The notes beneath the pieces were generated by a model. That model searched no databases. It was not told where the DNA came from and saw only the letters and a program-made list of their open reading frames with translations. From Gordius albopunctatus (taxonomy: Eukaryota): a stretch of 64,000 nucleotides of DNA. Numbering within the stretch: the stretch's first letter is position 1; each line of letters starts with the position of its first letter. The position numbers and the translations under genes are program-made. The stretch spans positions 9,362,001 to 9,426,000 of the forward strand of contig OZ193909.1 of NCBI GenBank assembly GCA_964276515.1, in the 5' to 3' direction. Below, piece by piece: positions 9,801-24,800 of the stretch.

Positions 9801-12800
9801 AAACAAGCTCTATGTGATTATGATTAAAAGTTAATAATTTTTGAGGACTGATCAAAAATTATTTTTAACGAATTCACCTCTGACATCGAAAACTTTCACG
9901 AGGGCTATATGCTTTAACAAAAAAAATTGACAAAAATTTTGAGGTCGAAAAAAATATTTATTTTCATATTCTTTCGAAAGGGGGCTGAAGAATTATTTAA
10001 AAGTCAGTAAATATTCTTAGCATTATGTCCTTGTTAAAATCCCGATAAGAAATTTTGCACGGGGGGAAGTTTTAGATTGAGAGAAACTAAACTTTTTATG
10101 TTGCGTTTAGATTGTTTCAAAATCGCTTTCTAATCGCGTCTCTAGTTTTTGTGAAACAAGCTCTATGTGATCGTGATTCAAAGTTAATAATTTTTGAGGA
10201 CTGATCAAAAATTTTTTTTAACGAATTTACCTCTGATATCGAAAACTTTCATGAGGGCTATATGGTTGAACAAAAAATTTAAAGGATTTTGAGGTCGAAA
10301 AAAATATTTATTTTCATATTCTTTCGAAAGGGGGCGGAAGAAATATTTAAAAGATAGTAAATATTCTTAGCATTATGTCCTTGTTAAAATCCCGATAAGA
10401 ATTTTTGCACGGGTGGAGTTTTAGATTGAGATAAACTAAACTTTTCGTGTTGCGTTTAGATTGTTTCAAAATCGCTTTCTAATCGCGTCTCTAGTTTTTA
10501 TGAAACAAGCTCTATGTGATTATGATTAAAAGTTAATAATTTTTGAGGACGGATCAAAAATTATTTTTAACGAATTCACCTCTGACATCGAAAACTTTCA
10601 CGAGGGCTATATGCTTTAACAAAAAAAATTGACAAAAATTTTGAGGTCGAAAAAATATATTTATTTTCATATTATTTGTAAAGGAAGCTGAAAAAATCTT
10701 TAAAAGTCAGTAAATATTCTTAGCATTGTGTCCTTGTTAAAATCTCGATAAGAATTTTTACACGGGGGGAAGTTTTAGATTGAGAGAAATTAAACTTTTC
10801 GTGTTGCGTTTAGATTGTTTCAAGATCGCTTTCTAATTTCGTCTATAGTTTTTATGAAACAAGCTCTATGTGATTATGATTCAAAGTTAATAATTTTTGA
10901 GGACTGATCAAAAATTTTTTTTAACGAAATTACCTCTGACATCGAAAACTTTCACGAGGGCTATATGCTTTAACAAAAAAAAATTGACAAAAATTTTGAG
11001 GTCGAAAAAAATATTTATTTTCATCTTATTTGGAAAGGGGGCTGAAAAAATCGTTTAAAGTCAGTAAATATTCTTAGCATTATGTCCTTGTTAAAATCCC
11101 GATAAGAATTTTTACAAGGGGGGAAGTTTTAGATTGAAAGAAATTAAACTTTTTATGTTGCGTTTAGATTGTTTCAAAATCGCTTTCTAATCGCGTCTCT
11201 AGTTTTTGTGAAACAAGCTCTATGTGATCGTGATTCAAAGTTAATAATTTTTGAGGACTGATCAAAAATTTTTTTTAACGAATTTACCTCTGATATCGAA
11301 AACTTTCATGAGGGCTATATGGTTGAACAAAAAATTTAAAGAATTTTGAGGTCGAAAAAAATATTTATTTTCATATTCTTTCGAAAGGGGGCGGAAGAAA
11401 TATTTAAAAGATAGTAAATATTCTTAGCATTATGTCCTTGTTAAAATCCCGATAAGAATTTTTGCACGGGTGGAGTTTTAGATTGAGATAAACTAAACTT
11501 TTCGTGTTGCGTTTAGATTGTTTCAAAATCGCTTTCTAATCGCGTCTCTAGTTTTTATGAAACAAGCTCTATGTGATTATGATTAAAAGTTAATAATTTT
11601 TGAGGACTGATCAAAAATTATTTTTAACGAATTCACCTCTGACATCGAAAACTTTCACGAGGGCTATATGCTTTAACAAAAAAAATTGACAAAAATTTTG
11701 AGGTCGAAAAAAATATTTATTTTCATATTCTTTCGAAAGGGGGCTGAAGAATTATTTAAAAGTCAGTAAATATTCTTAGCATTATGTCCTTGTTAAAATC
11801 CCGATAAGAAATTTTGCACGGGGGGAAGTTTTAGATTGAGAGAAACTAAACTTTTTATGTTGCGTTTAGATTGTTTCAAAATCGCTTTCTAATCGCGTCT
11901 CTAGTTTTTGTGAAACAAGCTCTATGTGATCGTGATTCAAAGTTAATAATTTTTGAGGACTGATCAAAAATTTTTTTTAACGAATTTACCTCTGATATCG
12001 AAAACTTTCATGAGGGCTATATGGTTGAACAAAAAATTTAAAGGATTTTGAGGTCGAAAAAAATATTTATTTTCATATTCTTTCGAAAGGGGGCGGAAGA
12101 AATATTTAAAAGATAGTAAATATTCTTAGCATTATGTCCTTGTTAAAATCCCGATAAGAATTTTTGCAAGGGGGGAAATTTTAGATTTAGAGAAACTAAA
12201 CTTTTCGTGTTGCGTTTAGATTCTTTCAAGATCGCTTTCAAATCGCGTCTCTAGTTTTTGTGAAACAAGCTCTATGTGATTATGATTCAAAGTTAATAAT
12301 TTTTGAGGACTGATCAAAATTTTTTTTAACGAATTCACCTCTGATATCGAAAACTTTCATGAGGGCTATATGCTTTAACAAAAAAAAATTGACAAAAATT
12401 TAGAGGTCGAAAAAATATATTTATTTTCATATTATTTGTAAAGGAAGCTGAAAAAATCTTTAAAAGTCAGTAAATATTCTTAGCATTGTGTCCTTGTTAA
12501 AATCTCGATAAGAATTTTTACACGGGGGGAAGTTTTAGATTGAGAGAAATTAAACTTTTCGTGTTGCGTTTAGATTGTTTCAAGATCGCTTTCTAATTTC
12601 GTCTATAGTTTTTATGAAACAAGCTCTATGTGATTATGATTCAAAGTTAATAATTTTTGAGGACTGATCAAAAATTTTTTTTAACGAAATTACCTCTGAC
12701 ATCGAAAACTTTCACGAGGGCTATATGCTTTAACAAAAAAAAATTGACAAAAATTTTGAGGTCGAAAAAAATATTTATTTTCATCTTATTTGGAAAGGGG

Positions 12801-15800
12801 GCTGAAAAAATCGTTTAAAGTCAGTAAATATTCTTAGCATTATGTCCTTGTTAAAATCCCGATAAGAATTTTTACAAGGGGGGAAGTTTTAGATTGAAAG
12901 AAATTAAACTTTTTATGTTGCGTTTAGATTGTTTCAAAATCGCTTTCTAATCGCGTCTCTAGTTTTTGTGAAACAAGCTCTATGTGATCGTGATTCAAAG
13001 TTAATAATTTTTGAGGACTGATCAAAAATTTTTTTTAACGAATTTACCTCTGATATCGAAAACTTTCATGAGGGCTATATGGTTGAACAAAAAATTTAAA
13101 GAATTTTGAGGTCGAAAAAAATATTTATTTTCATATTCTTTCGAAAGGGGGCGGAAGAAATATTTAAAAGATAGTAAATATTCTTAGCATTATGTCCTTG
13201 TTAAAATCCCGATAAGAATTTTTGCACGGGTGGAGTTTTAGATTGAGATAAACTAAACTTTTCGTGTTGCGTTTAGATTGTTTCAAAATCGCTTTCTAAT
13301 CGCGTCTCTAGTTTTTATGAAACAAGCTCTATGTGATTATGATTAAAAGTTAATAATTTTTGAGGACTGATCAAAAATTATTTTTAACGAATTCACCTCT
13401 GACATCGAAAACTTTCACGAGGGCTATATGCTTTAACAAAAAAAATTGACAAAAATTTTGAGGTCGAAAAAAATATTTATTTTCATATTCTTTCGAAAGG
13501 GGGCTGAAGAATTATTTAAAAGTCAGTAAATATTCTTAGCATTATGTCCTTGTTAAAATCCCGATAAGAATTTTTGCACGGGGGGAAGTTTTAGATTGAG
13601 AGAAACTAAACTTTTTATGTTGCGTTTAGATTGTTTCAAAATCGCTTTCTAATCGCGTCTCTAGTTTTTGTGAAACAAGCTCTATGTGATCGTGATTCAA
13701 AGTTAATAATTTTTGAGGACTGATCAAAAATTTTTTTTAACGAATTTACCTCTGATATCGAAAACTTTCATGAGGGCTATATGGTTGAACAAAAAATTTA
13801 AAGAATTTTGAGGTCGAAAAAAATATTTATTTTCATATTCTTTCGAAAGGGGGCGGAAGAAATATTTAAAAGATAGTAAATATTCTTAGCATTATGTCCT
13901 TGTTAAAATCCCGATAAGAATTTTTGCACGGGTGGAGTTTTAGATTGAGATAAACTAAACTTTTCGTGTTGCGTTTAGATTGTTTCAAAATCGCTTTCTA
14001 ATCGCATCTCTAGTTTTTATGAAACAAGCTCTATGTGATTATGATTAAAAGTTAATAATTTTTGAGGACTGATCAAAAATTATTTTTAACGAATTCACCT
14101 CTGACATCGAAAACTTTCACGAGGGCTATATGCTTTAACAAAAAAAATTGACAAAAATTTTGAGGTCGAAAAAAATATTTATTTTCATATTCTTTCGAAA
14201 GGGGGCTGAAGAATTATTTAAAAGTCAGTAAATATTCTTAGCATTATGTCCTTGTTAAAATCCCGATAAGAAATTTTGCACGGGGGGAAGTTTTAGATTG
14301 AGAGAAACTAAACTTTTTATGTTGCGTTTAGATTGTTTCAAAATCGCTTTCTAATCGCGTCTCTAGTTTTTGTGAAACAAGCTCTATGTGATCGTGATTC
14401 AAAGTTAATAATTTTTGAGGACTGATCAAAAATTTTTTTTAACGAATTTACCTCTGATATCGAAAACTTTCATGAGGGCTATATGGTTGAACAAAAAATT
14501 TAAAGGATTTTGAGGTCGAAAAAAATATTTATTTTCATATTCTTTCGAAAGGGGGCGGAAGAAATATTTAAAAGATAGTAAATATTCTTAGCATTATGTC
14601 CTTGTTAAAATCCCGATAAGAATTTTTGCACGGGTGGAGTTTTAGATTGAGATAAACTAAACTTTTCGTGTTGCGTTTAGATTGTTTCAAAATCGCTTTC
14701 TAATCGCGTCTCTAGTTTTTATGAAACAAGCTCTATGTGATTATGATTAAAAGTTAATAATTTTTGAGGACTGATCAAAAATTATTTTTAACGAATTCAC
14801 CTCTGACATCGAAAACTTTCACGAGGGCTATATGCTTTAACAAAAAAAATTGACAAAAATTTTGAGGTCGAAAAAAATATTTATTTTCATATTCTTTCGA
14901 AAGGGGGCTGAAGAATTATTTAAAAGTCAGTAAATATTCTTAGCATTATGTCCTTGTTAAAATCCCGATAAGAAATTTTGCACGGGGGGAAGTTTTAGAT
15001 TGAGAGAAACTAAACTTTTTATGTTGCGTTTAGATTGTTTCAAAATCGCTTTCTAATCGCGTCTCTAGTTTTTGTGAAACAAGCTCTATGTGATCGTGAT
15101 TCAAAGTTAATAATTTTTGAGGACTGATCAAAAATTTTTTTTAACGAATTTACCTCTGATATCGAAAACTTTCATGAGGGCTATATGGTTGAACAAAAAA
15201 TTTAAAGGATTTTGAGGTCGAAAAAAATATTTATTTTCATATTCTTTCGAAAGGGGGCGGAAGAAATATTTAAAAGATAGTAAATATTCTTAGCATTATG
15301 TCCTTGTTAAAATCCCGATAAGAATTTTTGCACGGGTGGAGTTTTAGATTGAGATAAACTAAACTTTTCGTGTTGCGTTTAGATTGTTTCAAAATCGCTT
15401 TCTAATCGCGTCTCTAGTTTTTATGAAACAAGCTCTATGTGATTATGATTAAAAGTTAATAATTTTTGAGGACGGATCAAAAATTATTTTTAACGAATTC
15501 ACCTCTGACATCGAAAACTTTCACGAGGGCTATATGCTTTAACAAAAAAAATTGACAAAAATTTTGAGGTCGAAAAAAATATTTATTTTCATATTCTTTC
15601 GAAAGGGGGCTGAAGAATTATTTAAAAGTCAGTAAATATTCTTAGCATTATGTCCTTGTTAAAATCCCGATAAGAAATTTTGCACGGGGGGAAGTTTTAG
15701 ATTGAGAGAAACTAAACTTTTTATGTTGCGTTTAGATTGTTTCAAAATCGCTTTCTAATCGCGTCTCTAGTTTTTGTGAAACAAGCTCTATGTGATCGTG

Positions 15801-18800
15801 ATTCAAAGTTAATAATTTTTGAGGACTGATCAAAAATTTTTTTTAACGAATTTACCTCTGATATCGAAAACTTTCATGAGGGCTATATGGTTGAACAAAA
15901 AATTTAAAGGATTTTGAGGTCGAAAAAAATATTTATTTTCATATTCTTTCGAAAGGGGGCGGAAGAAATATTTAAAAGATAGTAAATATTCTTAGCATTA
16001 TGTCCTTGTTAAAATCCCGATAAGAATTTTTGCACGGGTGGAGTTTTAGATTGAGATAAACTAAACTTTTCGTGTTGCGTTTAGATTGTTTCAAAATCGC
16101 TTTCTAATCGCGTCTCTAGTTTTTATGAAACAAGCTCTATGTGATTATGATTAAAAGTTAATAATTTTTGAGGACGGATCAAAAATTATTTTTAACGAAT
16201 TCACCTCTGACATCGAAAACTTTCACGAGGGCTATATGCTTTAACAAAAAAAATTGACAAAAATTTTGAGGTCGAAAAAAATATTTATTTTCATATTATT
16301 TGGAAAGGGGGCTGAAAAAATCTTTAAAAGTCAGTAAATATTCTTAGCATTATGTCCTTGTTAAAATCCTGATAAGAATTTTTGCAAGGGGGGAAATTTT
16401 AGATTTAGAGAAACTAAACTTTTCGTGTTGCGTTTAGATTCTTTCAAGATCGCTTTCAAATCGCGTCTCTAGTTTTTGTGAAACAAGCTCTATGTGATTA
16501 TGATTCAAAGTTAATAATTTTTGAGGACTGATCAAAATTTTTTTTAACGAATTCACCTCTGATATCGAAAACTTTCATGAGGGCTATATGCTTTAACAAA
16601 AAAAAATTGACAAAAATTTAGAGGTCGAAAAAATATATTTATTTTCATATTATTTGTAAAGGAAGCTGAAAAAATCTTTAAAAGTCAGTAAATATTCTTA
16701 GCATTGTGTCCTTGTTAAAATCTCGATAAGAATTTTTACACGGGGGGAAGTTTTAGATTGAGAGAAATTAAACTTTTCGTGTTGCGTTTAGATTGTTTCA
16801 AGATCGCTTTCTAATTTCGTCTATAGTTTTTATGAAACAAGCTCTATGTGATTATGATTCAAAGTTAATAATTTTTGAGGACTGATCAAAAATTTTTTTT
16901 AACGAAATTACCTCTGACATCGAAAACTTTCACGAGGGCTATATGCTTTAACAAAAAAAAATTGACAAAAATTTTGAGGTCGAAAAAAATATTTATTTTC
17001 ATCTTATTTGGAAAGGGGGCTGAAAAAATCGTTTAAAGTCAGTAAATATTCTTAGCATTATGTCCTTGTTAAAATCCCGATAAGAATTTTTACAAGGGGG
17101 GAAGTTTTAGATTGAAAGAAATTAAACTTTTTATGTTGCGTTTAGATTGTTTCAAAATCGCTTTCTAATCGCGTCTCTAGTTTTTGTGAAACAAGCTCTA
17201 TGTGATCGTGATTCAAAGTTAATAATTTTTGAGGACTGATCAAAAATTTTTTTTAACGAATTTACCTCTGATATCGAAAACTTTCATGAGGGCTATATGG
17301 TTGAACAAAAAATTTAAAGAATTTTGAGGTCGAAAAAAATATTTATTTTCATATTCTTTCGAAAGGGGGCGGAAGAAATATTTAAAAGATAGTAAATATT
17401 CTTAGCATTATGTCCTTGTTAAAATCCCGATAAGAATTTTTGCACGGGTGGAGTTTTAGATTGAGATAAACTAAACTTTTCGTGTTGCGTTTAGATTGTT
17501 TCAAAATCGCTTTCTAATCGCGTCTCTAGTTTTTATGAAACAAGCTCTATGTGATTATGATTAAAAGTTAATAATTTTTGAGGACTGATCAAAAATTATT
17601 TTTAACGAATTCACCTCTGACATCGAAAACTTTCACGAGGGCTATATGCTTTAACAAAAAAAATTGACAAAAATTTTGAGGTCGAAAAAAATATTTATTT
17701 TCATATTCTTTCGAAAGGGGGCTGAAGAATTATTTAAAAGTCAGTAAATATTCTTAGCATTATGTCCTTGTTAAAATCCCGATAAGAATTTTTGCACGGG
17801 GGGAAGTTTTAGATTGAGAGAAACTAAACTTTTTATGTTGCGTTTAGATTGTTTCAAAATCGCTTTCTAATCGCGTCTCTAGTTTTTGTGAAACAAGCTC
17901 TATGTGATCGTGATTCAAAGTTAATAATTTTTGAGGACTGATCAAAAATTTTTTTTAACGAATTTACCTCTGATATCGAAAACTTTCATGAGGGCTATAT
18001 GGTTGAACAAAAAATTTAAAGAATTTTGAGGTCGAAAAAAATATTTATTTTCATATTCTTTCGAAAGGGGGCGGAAGAAATATTTAAAAGATAGTAAATA
18101 TTCTTAGCATTATGTCCTTGTTAAAATCCCGATAAGAATTTTTGCACGGGTGGAGTTTTAGATTGAGATAAACTAAACTTTTCGTGTTGCGTTTAGATTG
18201 TTTCAAAATCGCTTTCTAATCGCGTCTCTAGTTTTTATGAAACAAGCTCTATGTGATTATGATTAAAAGTTAATAATTTTTGAGGACTGATCAAAAATTA
18301 TTTTTAACGAATTCACCTCTGACATCGAAAACTTTCACGAGGGCTATATGCTTTAACAAAAAAAATTGACAAAAATTTTGAGGTCGAAAAAAATATTTAT
18401 TTTCATATTCTTTCGAAAGGGGGCTGAAGAATTATTTAAAAGTCAGTAAATATTCTTAGCATTATGTCCTTGTTAAAATCCCGATAAGAAATTTTGCACG
18501 GGGGGAAGTTTTAGATTGAGAGAAACTAAACTTTTTATGTTGCGTTTAGATTGTTTCAAAATCGCTTTCTAATCGCGTCTCTAGTTTTTGTGAAACAAGC
18601 TCTATGTGATCGTGATTCAAAGTTAATAATTTTTGAGGACTGATCAAAAATTTTTTTTAACGAATTTACCTCTGATATCGAAAACTTTCATGAGGGCTAT
18701 ATGGTTGAACAAAAAATTTAAAGGATTTTGAGGTCGAAAAAAATATTTATTTTCATATTCTTTCGAAAGGGGGCGGAAGAAATATTTAAAAGATAGTAAA

Positions 18801-21800
18801 TATTCTTAGCATTATGTCCTTGTTAAAATCCCGATAAGAATTTTTGCACGGGTGGAGTTTTAGATTGAGATAAACTAAACTTTTCGTGTTGCGTTTAGAT
18901 TGTTTCAAAATCGCTTTCTAATCGCGTCTCTAGTTTTTATGAAACAAGCTCTATGTGATTATGATTAAAAGTTAATAATTTTTGAGGACTGATCAAAAAT
19001 TATTTTTAACGAATTCACCTCTGACATCGAAAACTTTCACGAGGGCTATATGCTTTAACAAAAAAAATTGACAAAAATTTTGAGGTCGAAAAAAATATTT
19101 ATTTTCATATTCTTTCGAAAGGGGGCTGAAGAATTATTTAAAAGTCAGTAAATATTCTTAGCATTATGTCCTTGTTAAAATCCCGATAAGAAATTTTGCA
19201 CGGGGGGAAGTTTTAGATTGAGAGAAACTAAACTTTTTATGTTGCGTTTAGATTGTTTCAAAATCGCTTTCTAATCGCGTCTCTAGTTTTTGTGAAACAA
19301 GCTCTATGTGATCGTGATTCAAAGTTAATAATTTTTGAGGACTGATCAAAAATTTTTTTTAACGAATTTACCTCTGATATCGAAAACTTTCATGAGGGCT
19401 ATATGGTTGAACAAAAAATTTAAAGGATTTTGAGGTCGAAAAAAATATTTATTTTCATATTCTTTCGAAAGGGGGCGGAAGAAATATTTAAAAGATAGTA
19501 AATATTCTTAGCATTATGTCCTTGTTAAAATCCCGATAAGAATTTTTGCACGGGTGGAGTTTTAGATTGAGATAAACTAAACTTTTCGTGTTGCGTTTAG
19601 ATTGTTTCAAAATCGCTTTCTAATCGCGTCTCTAGTTTTTATGAAACAAGCTCTATGTGATTATGATTAAAAGTTAATAATTTTTGAGGACGGATCAAAA
19701 ATTATTTTTAACGAATTCACCTCTGACATCGAAAACTTTCACGAGGGCTATATGCTTTAACAAAAAAAATTGACAAAAATTTTGAGGTCGAAAAAAATAT
19801 TTATTTTCATATTATTTGGAAAGGGGGCTGAAAAAATCTTTAAAAGTCAGTAAATATTCTTAGCATTATGTCCTTGTTAAAATCCTGATAAGAATTTTTG
19901 CAAGGGGGGAAATTTTAGATTTAGAGAAACTAAACTTTTCGTGTTGCGTTTAGATTCTTTCAAGATCGCTTTCAAATCGCGTCTCTAGTTTTTGTGAAAC
20001 AAGCTCTATGTGATTATGATTCAAAGTTAATAATTTTTGAGGACTGATCAAAATTTTTTTTAACGAATTCACCTCTGATATCGAAAACTTTCATGAGGGC
20101 TATATGCTTTAACAAAAAAAAATTGACAAAAATTTTGAGGTCGAAAAAATATATTTATTTTCATATTATTTGTAAAGGAAGCTGAAAAAATCTTTAAAAG
20201 TCAGTAAATATTCTTAGCATTGTGTCCTTGTTAAAATCTCGATAAGAATTTTTACACGGGGGGAAGTTTTAGATTGAGAGAAATTAAACTTTTCGTGTTG
20301 CGTTTAGATTGTTTCAAGATCGCTTTCTAATTTCGTCTATAGTTTTTATGAAACAAGCTCTATGTGATTATGATTCAAAGTTAATAATTTTTGAGGACTG
20401 ATCAAAAATTTTTTTTAACGAAATTACCTCTGACATCGAAAACTTTCACGAGGGCTATATGCTTTAACAAAAAAAAATTGACAAAAATTTTGAGGTCGAA
20501 AAAAATATTTATTTTCATCTTATTTGGAAAGGGGGCTGAAAAAATCGTTTAAAGTCAGTAAATATTCTTAGCATTATGTCCTTGTTAAAATCCCGATAAG
20601 AATTTTTACAAGGGGGGAAGTTTTAGATTGAAAGAAATTAAACTTTTTATGTTGCGTTTAGATTGTTTCAAAATCGCTTTCTAATCGCGTCTCTAGTTTT
20701 TGTGAAACAAGCTCTATGTGATCGTGATTCAAAGTTAATAATTTTTGAGGACTGATCAAAAATTTTTTTTAACGAATTTACCTCTGATATCGAAAACTTT
20801 CATGAGGGCTATATGGTTGAACAAAAAATTTAAAGAATTTTGAGGTCGAAAAAAATATTTATTTTCATATTCTTTCGAAAGGGGGCGGAAGAAATATTTA
20901 AAAGATAGTAAATATTCTTAGCATTATGTCCTTGTTAAAATCCCGATAAGAATTTTTGCACGGGTGGAGTTTTAGATTGAGATAAACTAAACTTTTCGTG
21001 TTGCGTTTAGATTGTTTCAAAATCGCTTTCTAATCGCGTCTCTAGTTTTTATGAAACAAGCTCTATGTGATTATGATTAAAAGTTAATAATTTTTGAGGA
21101 CTGATCAAAAATTATTTTTAACGAATTCACCTCTGACATCGAAAACTTTCACGAGGGCTATATGCTTTAACAAAAAAAATTGACAAAAATTTTGAGGTCG
21201 AAAAAAATATTTATTTTCATATTCTTTCGAAAGGGGGCTGAAGAATTATTTAAAAGTCAGTAAATATTCTTAGCATTATGTCCTTGTTAAAATCCCGATA
21301 AGAATTTTTGCACGGGGGGAAGTTTTAGATTGAGAGAAACTAAACTTTTTATGTTGCGTTTAGATTGTTTCAAAATCGCTTTCTAATCGCGTCTCTAGTT
21401 TTTGTGAAACAAGCTCTATGTGATCGTGATTCAAAGTTAATAATTTTTGAGGACTGATCAAAAATTTTTTTTAACGAATTTACCTCTGATATCGAAAACT
21501 TTCATGAGGGCTATATGGTTGAACAAAAAATTTAAAGAATTTTGAGGTCGAAAAAAATATTTATTTTCATATTCTTTCGAAAGGGGGCGGAAGAAATATT
21601 TAAAAGATAGTAAATATTCTTAGCATTATGTCCTTGTTAAAATCCCGATAAGAATTTTTGCACGGGTGGAGTTTTAGATTGAGATAAACTAAACTTTTCG
21701 TGTTGCGTTTAGATTGTTTCAAAATCGCTTTCTAATCGCGTCTCTAGTTTTTATGAAACAAGCTCTATGTGATTATGATTAAAAGTTAATAATTTTTGAG

Positions 21801-24800
21801 GACTGATCAAAAATTATTTTTAACGAATTCACCTCTGACATCGAAAACTTTCACGAGGGCTATATGCTTTAACAAAAAAAATTGACAAAAATTTTGAGGT
21901 CGAAAAAAATATTTATTTTCATATTCTTTCGAAAGGGGGCTGAAGAATTATTTAAAAGTCAGTAAATATTCTTAGCATTATGTCCTTGTTAAAATCCCGA
22001 TAAGAATTTTTGCACGGGGGGAAGTTTTAGATTGAGAGAAACTAAACTTTTTATGTTGCGTTTAGATTGTTTCAAAATCGCTTTCTAAGCCTGTCTTTAG
22101 TTTTTGTGAAACAAGCTCTATGTGATCGTGATTTAAAGTTAATAATTTTTAAGGACTGATCAAAAATTTTTTTAACGAATTCACCTCTGATATCGAAAAC
22201 TTTCATGAGGGCTATATGCTTTAACAAAAATAAATTGACAAAAATTTTGAGGTCGAAAAAAATATTTATTTTCATATTATTTGGAAAGGGGGCTGAAAAA
22301 ATCTTTTAAAGTCAGTAAATATTCTTAGCATTATGTCCTTGTTAAAATCCCGATAAGAATTTTTGCAAGGGTGGAGTTTTAGATTGAGAGAAACTAAACT
22401 TTTCGATTGCGTTTAGATTGTTTTTAAATCGCTTTCTAAGCCTGTCTTTAGTTTTTGTGAAACAAGCTCTAGGTGATCGTGATTCAAAGTTAATAATTTT
22501 TGAGGACTAATCAAAAATTTTTTTTAACGAATTCACCTCTGACATCGAAAACTTTCATGAATGCTATATGCTTTAACAAAAAAAATTGACAAAAATTTTG
22601 ACGTCGAAAAAAATATTTATTTTCATATTCTTTCGAAAGGGGGCTGAAGAAATATTTAAAAGTCAGTAAATATTCTTAGCATTATGTCCTTGTTAAAATC
22701 CCGATAAGAATTTTTGCACGGGGGGAAGTTTTAGATTGAGAGAAACTAAACTTTTTATGTTGCGTTTAGATTGTTTTTAAATCGCTTTCTAAGCCTGTCT
22801 TTAGTTTTTGTGAAACAAGCTCTAGGTGATCGTGATTCAAAGTTAATAACTTTTGAGGACTGATCAAAAATTTTTTTTAACGAATTCACCTCTGATATCG
22901 AAAACTTTCATGAGGGCTATATAGTTGAACAAAAAATTTAAAAAATTTTGAGGTCGAAAAAAATATTTATTTTCATATTATTTGGAAAGGGGGCTGAAAA
23001 AATCTTTAAAAGTCAGTAAATATTCTTAGCATTATGTCCTTGTTAAAATCCCGATAAGAATTTTTGCACGGGGGGAAGTTTTAGATTGAGAGAAACTAAA
23101 CTTTTTATGTTGCGTTTAGATTGTTTCAAAATCGCTTTCTAAGCCTGTCTCTAGTTTTTGTGAAACAAGCTCTTTGTGATTATGATTCAAAGTTAATAAT
23201 TTTTGAGGACTGATCAAAATTTTTTTTAACGAATTCACCTCTGATATCGAAAACTTTCATGAGGGCTATATGCTTTAACAAAAAAAATTGACAAAAATTT
23301 TGAGGTCGAAAAAAATATTTATTGGCATATTATTTGTAAAGGAAGCTGAAAAAATCTTTAAAAGTCAGTAAATATTCTTAGAATTATGTCCTTGTTAAAA
23401 TCCCGATAAGAATTTTTGCACGGGTGGAGTTTTAGATTGAGAAAAACTAAACTTTTTATGTTGCGTTTCAAAATCGCTTTCTAAGCCTGTCTTTAGTTTT
23501 TGTGAAACAAGCTCTATGTGATTCTGATTTAAAGTTAATAATTTTTGAAGACTGATCAAATTTTTTTTTAACGAATTCACCTCTGACATCGAAAACTTTC
23601 ATGAATGCTATATGCTTTAACAAAAAAAATTGACAAAAATTTTGACGTCGAAAAAAATATTTATTTTCATATTCTTTCGAAAGGGGGCTGAAGAAATATT
23701 TAAAAGTCAGTAAATATTCTTAGCATTATGTCCTTGTTAAAATCCCGATAAGAATTTTTGCACGGGGGGAAGTTTTAGATTGAGAGAAACTAAACTTTTT
23801 TTGTTGCGTTTAGATTGTTTCAAAATCGCTTTCTAAGCCTGTCTCTAGTTTTTGTGAAACAAGCTCTAGGTGATCGTGATTCAAAGTTAATAATTTTTGA
23901 GGACTAATCAAAAATTTTTTTTAACGAATTCACCTCTGACATCGAAAACTTTCATGAATGCTATATGCTTTAACAAAAAAAATTGACAAAAATTTTGACG
24001 TCGAAAAAAATATTTATTTTCATATTCTTTCGAAAGGGGGCTGAAGAAATATTTAAAAGTCAGTAAATATTCTTAGCATTATGTCCTTGTTAAAATCCCG
24101 ATAAGAATTTTTGCACGGGGGGAAGTTTTAGATTGAGAGAAACTAAACTTTTTATGTTGCGTTTAGATTGTTTCAAAATCGCTTTCTAATCGCGTCTCTA
24201 GTTTTTATGAAACAAGCTCTATGTGATTATGATTAAAAGTTAATAATTTTTGAGGACTGATCAAAAATTATTTTTAACGAATTCACCTCTGACATCGAAA
24301 ACTTTCACGAGGGCTATATGCTTTAACAAAAAAAATTGACAAAAATTTTGAGGTCGAAAAAAATATTTATTTTCATATTCTTTCGAAAGGGGGCTGAAGA
24401 ATTATTTAAAAGTCAGTAAATATTCTTAGCATTATGTCCTTGTTAAAATCCCGATAAGAAATTTTGCACGGGGGGAAGTTTTAGATTGAGAGAAACTAAA
24501 CTTTTTATGTTGCGTTTAGATTGTTTCAAAATCGCTTTCTAATCGCGTCTCTAGTTTTTGTGAAACAAGCTCTATGTGATCGTGATTCAAAGTTAATAAT
24601 TTTTGAGGACTGATCAAAAATTTTTTTTAACGAATTTACCTCTGATATCGAAAACTTTCATGAGGGCTATATGGTTGAACAAAAAATTTAAAGGATTTTG
24701 AGGTCGAAAAAAATATTTATTTTCATATTCTTTCGAAAGGGGGCGGAAGAAATATTTAAAAGATAGTAAATATTCTTAGCATTATGTCCTTGTTAAAATC

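Noticed and set aside
22072..23589. Minus-strand ORFs of 67 and 64 aa
   Set aside because: Chance open frames in variant satellite monomers with low-complexity K/F/I-rich translations.
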